From the NCBI GenBank assembly GCA_964016885.1, contig OZ024743.1:178064001-178128000 (forward strand): a stretch of DNA of 64,000 nt, given 5' to 3'. The notes under the pieces were generated by a model, which saw nothing but the letters and a program-made list of their open reading frames with translations, ran no database searches and was not told where the DNA came from. This stretch comes from Eledone cirrhosa (Eukaryota). Every line of letters starts with the position of its first letter. Position 1 is the first letter of the stretch. The translations under genes and the position numbers were made by a program. Of the stretch, positions 53,277 to 64,000 are shown piece after piece.

Positions 53277-55786
53277 TGCAAAGAGTGCAAAAATCAGGCG
53301 ATACGAGAACAGAGTCAGTCAGTATAAACAGAACCGCATGTTCGACAACAACCAGAAGATGCTGTTTGGACAGCTTGAGGGGAAAGAAAGAGGCAACGAC
53401 TTGATCCCTGGGGCGGAGCAAACTAAAACATTCTGGAGAGGAATATGGGAGCAGGATGTTAGACACAATGCCCAGGCAGGGTGGATTGAGACAGTACAGA
53501 GGGAGATCGGTGAGCAGGCACAACAACAAACTGATTTGAGTATCACAGTTGAAACTTTTAAGGGGCAGGCAAAAAAACTAACCAACTGGAAATCACCAGG
53601 CCCAGATGGTGTGCAGGGGTATTGGATTAAACATTTAACATCCCTCCACCCGAAGCTGACGGCCATGTTCAATGACTGCTTGGTGTCGGGTGAGGTGCCA
53701 GAGTGGTTGACAAAAGGTACCACAGTTCTGATAATGAAAGACCGAATCAAGGGTAATGATGTTACCAACTATAGACCTATCACATGTCTGTCCGTAATGT
53801 GGAAACTGTTGACGAGCATTGTGTCTGAGGAAATCTACCATCACCTCCACACAAACAACTTGTTACCGAACGAACAGAAAGGATGCCGAAAGAAGTCACG
53901 TGGTACAAAGGACCAGTTACTTATTGATAAGATGGTAATGGGGAATTGCAGGAGGAGACACACTGATCTTGCCATGGGATGGATAGACTACAGAAAGGCA
54001 TTTGACATGGTGCCTCATTCCTGGATCACCAAAAGCCTGGAGATCTTCAGGGTGGCAGATAACATCAGACAGTTGCTAGACAGGAGTATGGGGTCCTGGG
54101 AGACAGAGTTGACATCAACTGGAGTATCCTTGGGAAGCGTGAAGATCAAGAGAGGTATCTTCCAGGGAGATAGCCTGTCCCCTCTGTTGTTTGTCCTTGC
54201 CCTGATGCCCTTGACCATTATGCTGCGAAAAGTGAGAGCAGGATACAAGTTGGGAAGGGGAGAGCTTACCATCAATCACCTCCTCTTCATGGACGATCTT
54301 AAGCTCTTCGGGAAAAGTGAGAAGGAGTTGGATGTGCTTGTTGACACTGTCCGTATTTTCAGCAGTGATATATGTATGCAGTTTGGTATTGGTAAATGTG
54401 GAGTCATTGTGATGAAGAGGGGTAGGTTGAGCAGAAGTAACGGGATCCAGATACCAACAGGTGAGATGATAAAGGAAATTGACTCTGAGGAAGGATACAA
54501 GTATTTGGGCGTTCTGGAGGCTGATGGCATAAAGAACAAAAAAATGAAGGAATTGTTAAGAACTGAATACATTCGAAGAGTAAGGAGCGTATTGAAGTCA
54601 CATCTGAACAGCAGAAATGCCATAAGCGCAGTAAATTCCCGAGCTGTGTCTATTATTAGGTACAGTGCGGGAATTCTGAGATGGAATGTTGCTGAACAAA
54701 AGGAAATGGATAGGAAGACTAGGAAGCTATTGAATATCTACATGTTCCACAAGAGGAGTGATGTCGATAGACTCTACCTAAGGAGATCTGAGGGTGGAAG
54801 AGGTCTTATCAGCATAGAGGACTGTGTTCAGATGGAGAAAAACAACCTACACAAATAGGTGACTGATAGTAAGGAGCCAATGCTCAAAATTGTACTGAAG
54901 GAGAGGACAATAGACCAGGGGATGTCCAAGGAGGAGATAACAACAAGGAGAAAGAGCAGCCTTAAGGGAAAATCCCTTCATAGTACCTTCTTTGAGAAAA
55001 CTGAATTCAGAGATCTACAGACATGGAACTGGTTGAAAAGAGGAGACCTTAAAAAGGCGACAGAAGGAATGTTAATGGCTGCGCAAGAGCAGGCCCTCAA
55101 AACGAAGTGGTTGAAACACCATATTTACAAGGAGGAGGCTAGACCACTGTGCAGGATCTGTGGAGAGAGAGAGGAGACTGTGGCTCACATTGTATCCGAG
55201 TGTAAACACCTAGCCCAGACACACTATAAAGGCTGGAGACATGATGTGATGGGCAGCGTGATCCACTGGCACCTATGCAAAGTAAACAATTTACCACACT
55301 CTGAGAAGTGGTATGAGCATAAGCCAGAGTCGGTGATAGAAAACGATCAGGTGAAGGTGCTGTGTGATTTTAGGATACAGACGGACAAAAAACTGGAACA
55401 CAATACACCTGACCTGGTGGTTTTGGACAAAGAAAAAAGATCGTGCCTGATTGTGGATGTGGCCTGCCCATTCGACACGAGAGTGCAAGAGAAGAAGAGG
55501 GAGAAAATTAACCGATACCAGGACTTAGAGTGGGAGGTAAAAAGGATTTGGAACTGCCATGAAGTCAAAGTGGTCCCGATTGTCATAGGCGCACTAGGTA
55601 CTATCTCAAAAAGTTTCCAGGGATGGTTAAAGAAAATTGGCCCCTTCACGCTTTTTGGAACACTTCAAAAGACATGCTTGCTGGGACCAGCAAGAACCCT
55701 CCGATACGTCCTGAATATCTGAGGCTTGATATTCATTTCAACAAACTTTCCAGTTAACTAACATCAATGACCGAGACTCAAAGAAT

Positions 55787-55788
<2 letters not shown>
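53277..55788 (+). mobile_element. R4/Dong-like copy B2 (5'-truncated; TAG stop at 54856-54858)
   Basis: RT ORF to 54858, then an in-frame Zn-finger/RLE ORF 54859-55722. Confidence 0.92.
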
Positions 55789-55867
<79 letters not shown>

Positions 55868-58380
55868 TGCAAAGAGTGCAAAAATCAGGCGATACGAGAA
55901 CAGAGTCAGTCAGTATAAACAGAACCGCATGTTCGACAACAACCAGAAGATGCTGTTTGGACAGCTTGAGGGGAAAGAAAGAGGCAACGACTTGATCCCT
56001 GGGGCGGAGCAAACTAAAACATTCTGGAGAGGAATATGGGAGCAGGATGTTAGACACAATGCCCAGGCAGGGTGGATTGAGACAGTACAGAGGGAGATCG
56101 GTGAGCAGGCACAACAACAAACTGATTTGAGTATCACAGTTGAAACTTTTAAGGGGCAGGCAAAAAAACTAACCAACTGGAAATCACCAGGCCCAGATGG
56201 TGTGCAGGGGTATTGGATTAAACATTTAACATCCCTCCACCCGAAGCTGACGGCCATGTTCAATGACTGCTTGGTGTCGGGTGAGGTGCCAGAGTGGTTG
56301 ACAAAAGGTACCACAGTTCTGATAATGAAAGACCGAATCAAGGGTAATGATGTTACCAACTATAGACCTATCACATGTCTGTCCGTAATGTGGAAACTGT
56401 TGACGAGCATTGTGTCTGAGGAAATCTACCATCACCTCCACACAAACAACTTGTTACCGAACGAACAGAAAGGATGCCGAAAGAAGTCACGTGGTACAAA
56501 GGACCAGTTACTTATTGATAAGATGGTAATGGGGAATTGCAGGAGGAGACACACTGATCTTGCCATGGGATGGATAGACTACAGAAAGGCATTTGACATG
56601 GTGCCTCATTCCTGGATCACCAAAAGCCTGGAGATCTTCAGGGTGGCAGATAACATCAGACAGTTGCTAGACAGGAGTATGGGGTCCTGGGAGACAGAGT
56701 TGACATCAACTGGAGTATCCTTGGGAAGCGTGAAGATCAAGAGAGGTATCTTCCAGGGAGATAGCCTGTCCCCTCTGTTGTTTGTCCTTGCCCTGATGCC
56801 CTTGACCATTATGCTGCGAAAAGTGAGAGCAGGATACAAGTTGGGAAGGGGAGAGCTTACCATCAATCACCTCCTCTTCATGGACGATCTTAAGCTCTTC
56901 GGGAAAAGTGAGAAGGAGTTGGATGTGCTTGTTGACACTGTCCGTATTTTCAGCAGTGATATATGTATGCAGTTTGGTATTGGTAAATGTGGAGTCATTG
57001 TGATGAAGAGGGGTAGGTTGAGCAGAAGTAACGGGATCCAGATACCAACAGGTGAGATGATAAAGGAAATTGACTCTGAGGAAGGATACAAGTATTTGGG
57101 CGTTCTGGAGGCTGATGGCATAAAGAACAAAAAAATGAAGGAATTGTTAAGAACTGAATACATTCGAAGAGTAAGGAGCGTATTGAAGTCACATCTGAAC
57201 AGCAGAAATGCCATAAGCGCAGTAAATTCCCGAGCTGTGTCTATTATTAGGTACAGTGCGGGAATTCTGAGATGGAATGTTGCTGAACAAAAGGAAATGG
57301 ATAGGAAGACTAGGAAGCTATTGAATATCTACAACATGTTCCACAAGAGGAGTGATGTCGATAGACTCTACCTAAGGAGATCTGAGGGTGGAAGAGGTCT
57401 TATCAGCATAGAGGACTGTGTTCAGATGGAGAAAAACAACCTACACAAATAGGTGACTGATAGTAAGGAGCCAATGCTCAAAATTGTACTGAAGGAGAGG
57501 ACAATAGACCAGGGGATGTCCAAGGAGGAGATAACAACAAGGAGAAAGAGCAGCCTTAAGGGAAAATCCCTTCATAGTACCTTCTTTGAGAAAACTGAAT
57601 TCAGAGATCTACAGACATGGAACTGGTTGAAAAGAGGAGACCTTAAAAAGGCGACAGAAGGAATGTTAATGGCTGCGCAAGAGCAGGCCCTCAAAACGAA
57701 GTGGTTGAAACACCATATTTACAAGGAGGAGGCTAGACCACTGTGCAGGATCTGTGGAGAGAGAGAGGAGACTGTGGCTCACATTGTATCCGAGTGTAAA
57801 CACCTAGCCCAGACACACTATAAAGGCTGGAGACATGATGTGATGGGCAGCGTGATCCACTGGCACCTATGCAAAGTAAACAATTTACCACACTCTGAGA
57901 AGTGGTATGAGCATAAGCCAGAGTCGGTGATAGAAAACGATCAGGTGAAGGTGCTGTGTGATTTTAGGATACAGACGGACAAAAAACTGGAACACAATAC
58001 ACCTGACCTGGTGGTTTTGGACAAAGAAAAAAGATCGTGCCTGATTGTGGATGTGGCCTGCCCATTCGACACGAGAGTGCAAGAGAAGAAGAGGGAGAAA
58101 ATTAACCGATACCAGGACTTAGAGTGGGAGGTAAAAAGGATTTGGAACTGCCATGAAGTCAAAGTGGTCCCGATTGTCATAGGCGCACTAGGTACTATCT
58201 CAAAAAGTTTCCAGGGATGGTTAAAGAAAATTGGCCCCTTCACGCTTTTTGGAACACTTCAAAAGACATGCTTGCTGGGACCAGCAAGAACCCTCCGATA
58301 CGTCCTGAATATCTGAGGCTTGATATTCATTTCAACAAACTTTCCAGTTAACTAACATCAATGACCGAGACTCAAAGAAT

Positions 58381-58382
<2 letters not shown>
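55868..58382 (+). mobile_element. R4/Dong-like copy B3 (near-identical to B2; TAG stop at 57450-57452)
   Basis: Same 5' junction as B2; differs by a 3-bp indel (IYNMF vs IYMF). Confidence 0.92.
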
Positions 58383-58432
<50 letters not shown>

Positions 58433-58436
<4 letters not shown>

Positions 58437-61249
58437 ACCTAAGATTTGTAGACAGGAAAAAGTTAAAAGAAACAACAGCTAAGGTAAACAAAGTCATCCC
58501 ATACCTTGAGGCGAGGAGCCTTCACCAGTGCAACAATATCCTTAAAGCAACAGCAAATACGGTGAGGAAACTACTTGGTATAAAAGCGAGAGGAAACAAC
58601 AGACAAGAAAGAGCAGAGCCGTGGTGGAAGAAGCGACTGAGTGGGCAAATCGGGGAAATGAGAAATGACATAGGAAAGCTTGAGTCACTACTGAATGGGA
58701 CACTAAAAAACATAGGCACTAAAAATAGACTGGAAATAAAATACAAAACTAGGAGTAAAAAGCTAAATATTATCATAGAGGAACTGAAGCAACGCATTGT
58801 AGCAAAGAGTGCAAAAATCAGGCGATACGAGAACAGAGTCAGTCAGTATAAACAGAATCGCATGTTCGACAACAACCAGAAGATGCTGTTTGGACAGCTT
58901 GAGGGGAAAGAAAGAGGCAACGACTTGATCCCTGGGGCGGAGCAAACTAAAACATTCTGGAGAGGAATATGGGAGCAGGATGTTAGACACAATGCCCAGG
59001 CAGGGTGGATTGAGACAGTACAGAGGGAGATCGGTGAGCAGGCACAACAACAAACTGAGTTGAGTATCACAGTTGAAACTCTTAAGGGGCAGGCCAAAAA
59101 ACTAACCAACTGGAAATCACCAGGCCCAGATGGTGTGCAGGGGTATTGGATTAAACATTTAACATCCCTCCACCCGAAGCTGACGGCCATGTTCAATGAC
59201 TGCTTGGTGTCGGGTGAGGTGCCAGAGTGGTTGACAAAAGGTACCACAGTTCTGATAATGAAAGACCGAATCAAGGGTAATGATGTTACCAACTATAGAC
59301 CTATCACATGTCTGTCCGTAATGTGGAAACTGTTGACGAGCATTGTGTCTGAGGAAATCTACCATCACCTCCACACAAACAACTTGTTACCGGACGAACA
59401 GAAAGGATGCCGAAAGAAGTCACGTGGTGCAAAGGACCAGTTGCTTATTGATAAGATGGTAATGGGGAATTGCAGGAGGAGACACACTGATCTTGCCATG
59501 GGATGGATAGACTACAGAAAGGCATTTGACATGGTGCCCCATTCCTGGATCACCAAAAGCCTGGAGATCTTCAAGGTGGCAGATAACATCAGACAGTTGC
59601 TAGGCAGGAGTATGGGGTCCTGGGAGACAGAGTTGACATCAACTGGAGTATCCTTGGGAAGCGTGAAGATCAAGAGAGGTATCTTCCAGGGAGATAGCCT
59701 GTCCCCTCTGTTGTTTGTCCTTGCCCTGATGCCCTTGACCATTATGCTGCGAAAAGTGAGAGCAGGATACAAGTTGGGAAGGGGAGAGCTTACCATCAAT
59801 CACCTCCTCTTCATGGACGATCTTAAGCTCTTCGGGAAAAGTGAGAAGGAGTTGGATGTGCTTGTTGACACTCTCCGTATTTTCAGCAGTGATATATGTA
59901 TGCAGTTTGGTATTGGTAAATGTGGAGTCATTGTGATGAAGAGGGGTAGGTTGAGCAGAAGTAACGGGATCCAGATACCAACAGGTGAGATGATAAAGGA
60001 AATTGACTCTGAGGAAGGATACAAGTATTTGGGCGTTCTGGAGGCTGATGGCATAAAGAACAAAAAAATGAAGGAATTGTTAAGAACTGAATACATTCGG
60101 AGAGTAAGGAGCGTATTGAAGTCACATCTGAACAGCAGAAATGCCATAAGCGCAGTAAATTCCCGAGCTGTGTCTATTATTAGGTACAGTGCGGGAATTC
60201 TGAGATGGAATGTTGCTGAACAAAAAGAAATGGATAGGAAGACTAGGAAGCTATTGACTATCTACAACATGTTCCACAAGAGGAGTGATGTCGATAGACT
60301 CTACCTAAGGAGATCTGAGGGTGGAAGAGGTCTTATCAGCATAGAGGACTGTGTTCAGATGGAGAAAAACAACCTATACAAATACGTGACCTATAGTAAG
60401 GAGCCAATGCTCAGAACTGTACTGAAGGAGGGGACAGTAGGCCAGGGGATGTCCAAGGAGGAAATAACATCAAGGAGGAAGAGCAGCCTTAAGGGAAAAT
60501 CCCTTCATAGTACCTTCTTTGAGAAAACTGAATTTAGAGATCCACAGACATGGAACTGGTTGAGAAGAGGAGACCTCAAAAAGGCTACAGAAGGAATGCT
60601 AATGGCTGCGCAGGAGCAGGCCCTCAAAACGAAGTGGTTGAAGCATCACATTTACAAGGAGGAGGCTAGCCCACTGTGCAGGATCTGTGGAGAGAGAGAG
60701 GAGACTGTGGCTCACATTGTGTCCGAGTGTAAACACCTAGCCCAGACCCACTATAAGGGCTGGAGACACGATGTGATGGGCAGGGTGATCCACTGGCACC
60801 TGTGCAAAGTAAACAATTTACCACATTCTGAGAAATGGTATGAGCATAGGCCAGAGGCGGTGATGGAGAACAATCAGGTGAAGGTGCTGTGGGATTTTAG
60901 GATACAGACGGACAAAAAACTGGAACACAATAGACCTGACCTGGTGGTTGTGGACAAAGAAAAAAGATCGTGTCTGATTGTGGATGTGGCCTGCCCGTTC
61001 GACACGAGAGTGCAAGAGAAGGAGAGGGAGAAAATTAACCGATACCAGGACCTAAAGTGGGAGGTGAAAAGGATCTGGAACTGCCATGAAGTCAAAGTGA
61101 TCCCGATTGTCATAGGCGCACTGGGGACTATCTCCAAAAGTTTCCAGGGATGGTTAAAGAAAATCGGCCCCTTCACGCTTTTTGGAACGCTTCAAAAGGC
61201 ATGCTTGCTTGGAACAGCAAGAACCCTCCGATACGTCCTGAATATCTGA
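58433..61249 (+). CDS. Copy B4: uninterrupted 938-aa RT + CCHC + RLE endonuclease ORF (N-terminus truncated; element ends ~61323)
   Basis: [106 protein letters not shown]. Confidence 0.92.
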
Positions 61250-61356
61250 GGCTGCAGGTAGTGGCTTGATATTCAATCCAATGGACTTTCCAGTTAACCA
61301 ACATCAATGACTGAGATTCAAGGAATAACAACAATAATAATAATAATAATAATAAT

Positions 61357-63492
61357 TACAAAGAGTGCAAAAATCAGGCGATACGAGAACAGAGTCAGTC
61401 AGTATAAACAGAACCGCATGTTCGACAACAACCAGAAGATGCTGTTTGGACAGCTTGAGGGGAAAGAAAGAGGCAACGACTTGATCCCTGGGGCGGAGCA
61501 AACTAAAACATTCTGGAGAGGAATATGGGAGCAGGATGTTAGACACAATGCCCAGGCAGGGTGGATTGAGACAGTACAGAGGGAGATCGGTGAGCAGGCA
61601 CAACAACAAACTGATTTGAGTATCACAGTTGAAACTTTTAAGGGGCAGGCAAAAAAACTAACCAACTGGAAATCACCAGGCCCAGATGGTGTGCAGGGGT
61701 ATTGGATTAAACATTTAACATCCCTCCACCCGAAGCTGACGGCCATGTTCAATTACTGCTTGGTGTCGGGTGAGGTGCCAGAGTGGTTGACAAAAGGTAC
61801 CACAGTTCTGATAATGAAAGACCGAATCAAGGGTAATGATGTTACCAACTATAGACCTATCACATGTCTGTCCGTAATGTGGAAACTGTTGACGAGCATT
61901 GTGTCTGAGGAAATCTACCATCACCTCCACACAAACAACTTGTTACCGAACGAACAGAAAGGATGCCGAAAGAAGTCACGTGGTACAAAGGACCAGTTAC
62001 TTATTGATAAGATGGTAATGGGGAATTGCAGGAGGAGACACACTGATCTTGCCATGGGATGGATAGACTACAGAAAGGCATTTGACATGGTGCCTCATTC
62101 CTGGATCACCAAAAGCCTGGAGATCTTCAGGGTGGCAGATAACATCAGACAGTTGCTAGACAGGAGTATGGGGTCCTGGGAGACAGAGTTGACATCAACT
62201 GGAGTATCCTTGGGAAGCGTGAAAATCAAGAGAGGTATCTTCCAGGGAGATAGCCTGTCCCCTCTGTTGTTTGTCCTTGCCCTGATGCCCTTGACCATTA
62301 TGCTGCGAAAAGTGAGAGCAGGATACAAGTTGGGAAGGGGAGAGCTTACCATCAATCACCTCCTCTTCATGGACGATCTTAAGCTCTTTGGGAAGAGTGA
62401 GAAGGAGTTGGATGTGCTTGTTGACACTGTCCGTATTTTCAGCAGTGATATATGTATGCAATTTGGTATTAGTAAGTGTGGAGTCCTTGTGATGAAGAGG
62501 GGTAAATTGAGTAGAAGCAACGAAATCCAGGTACCAACAGGTGAGATGATAAAGGAAGTTGACACTGAAGAAGGATACAAGTATTTGGGTGTTCTGGAGG
62601 CTGATGACTTCAAGAACAAAAAAATGAAGGAATTGATAAGATCTGAATACATTCGGAGAGTAAGGAGCGTATTAAAGTCACATCTGAACAGTAGGAATGC
62701 CATAAGTGCAGTAAATTCCCGAGCTGTTTCTATTATTAGGTACAGTGCGGGAATTCTGAGATGGAATGTTGCTGAACAAAAAGAAATGGATAGGAAGACT
62801 AGGAAGTTATTGACTATCTACAACATGTTTCACAAGAAGAGTGATGTCGATAGACTCTATTTAAGGAGATCTGAAGCTGGAAGAGGTCTTATCAGCATAG
62901 AGGACTGTGTTCAGATGGAGAAAAACAACCTACACAAATACGTGACTGATAGTAGGGAGCCAATGCTCAGAATTGTACTGAAGGAGAGGACAATAGACCA
63001 GGGGATGTCCAAGGAGGAAATAACAAGAAGGAGAAAGAGCAGCCTTCATGAAAAATCCCTTCATAGTACCTTCTTTGAGAAAACGGAATTCAGAGATCCT
63101 CAGACATGGAACTGGTTGAAAAGGGGCGACCTTAAAAAGGCTACAGAAGGAATGCTAATGGCTGCGCAAGAGCAGGCCCTCAAAACGAAGTGGCTGAAAC
63201 ACCATATTTACAAGGAGGAGGCTAGCCCACTGTACAAGATCTGTGGAGAGAGAGAGGGGACTGTTGCTCACATTGTATCCGAGTGTAAACACCTAGCCCA
63301 GACTCACTATAAAGGCTGGAGACATGATGTGATGGGCAGGGTGATCCACTGGCACCTATGCAAAGTAAACAATTTACCACATTCTGAGAAGTGATATGAG
63401 CATAAGCCAGAGTCGGTGATGGAAAACAATCAGGTGAAGGTGCTGTGGGATTTTAGGATACAGACGGACAAGAAATTAGAACACAATAGGCC
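61357..63492 (+). mobile_element. R4/Dong-like copy B5 (5'- and 3'-truncated; TGA at 63392-63394; zinc finger C>Y)
   Basis: Same 5' junction as B2/B3; sequence stops at HNRP. Confidence 0.9.
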
Positions 63493-63501
63493 ATAACTAT
63501 A

Positions 63502-63682
63502 ATTGTTTCTACGTTAGGCACAAGGCCAGCAATTAACAGTTCATTACTGGTACTTTATTTTATCGACCCCGTAAGGATGAAAGGCAAAGTCAACCTCGGC
63601 GGGATTTGAACACAGATCGTAAAGGGACGTAACTATGCTGGAAAGCATGGCGTCCGACTCTCTACCGATACTGCCAAACCAC
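63502..63682 (-). mobile_element. Young tRNA-derived SINE, same subfamily as 51041-51226
   Basis: Close reverse complement of 51047-51226. Confidence 0.88.
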
Positions 63683-63694
63683 GTATAATAATAA

Positions 63695-64000
63695 TCTCCT
63701 TCTAATATATAACCAGCAATTTCTCTGTTTGTCTATCTGTCTGTCCGACAGTGGAAACACGTGCGCGCGTGCGAATATTTTTTACGCACGCGTAGAGAGA
63801 GAGTGAGAGTGAAAGAAAGAGACAGACTACGAGAGGGGGATAGCGGGAGGGAGAGAGGGAGAGAGAGTGAATAGACGCTAAAACACTTAGCTTCTACCCT
63901 CAATGAGATAGGCCTTAGGATAACAGTAGCCACCAACCTCTCTAGCGTAGATTTCTTAGACATTAATTTAGACCTTCGCCCACACACCTACAGACCCCCC
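63695..64000 (+). mobile_element. Possible 5' end of a Helitron-like element
   Basis: A|TC start, TAATATATAA and (TGTC/TGTT)n near the start, similar in layout to 7859-8509; 3' end is outside the window. Confidence 0.3.

Noticed and set aside
52268-57452. In-frame TAG between RT and endonuclease in three copies, as programmed read-through or a two-ORF design
   Set aside because: B4 and B5 have TAC at this codon, and the TAG co-occurs with other damaging changes; it is best explained as one nonsense mutation spread by duplication.
53179-58432. N-terminal MTETQRIL-poly-Ile 'signal/transmembrane' segments on the B ORFs
   Set aside because: Read-through of the previous copy's 3' UTR and (ATA)n tract; not part of the element protein.
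36014-62703. Numerous antisense and alternative-frame ORFs over the LINEs
   Set aside because: Shadow ORFs of GC-richer coding sequence; their recurrence simply follows the duplicated units.

Overview
Gene-free, repeat-saturated eukaryotic DNA. It is AT-rich, with huge (TA)n/(CA)n/(GA)n tracts and tRNA-derived SINEs resembling octopus families, so a cephalopod origin is likely (inference). No host protein gene, rRNA, functional tRNA or CRISPR array is supported. The window has two domains. (1) About 1-29 kb is a (TA)n-associated Penelope-like element (PLE) domain. It holds three PLE families (RT + GIY-YIG), one of them tandemly duplicated and apparently nested inside another. It also holds many fold-back inverted repeats and at least six intact-looking minimal hammerhead ribozyme (HHR) motifs plus several degenerate ones. 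(2) About 35.8-63.5 kb is an unbroken chain of eight non-LTR retrotransposons, each separated only by a (TAA)n tract. Two full-length Tx1/L1-clade elements (APE endonuclease) lie on the minus strand, and six 5'-truncated R4/Dong-like elements (RLE endonuclease) lie on the plus strand, five of them head-to-tail. The most notable signals are the apparent (ATT/TAA)n target specificity of two unrelated LINE clades with fixed opposite polarity, and the HHR-bearing fold-back elements. All calls come from manual reading; no database searches or folding computations were run.
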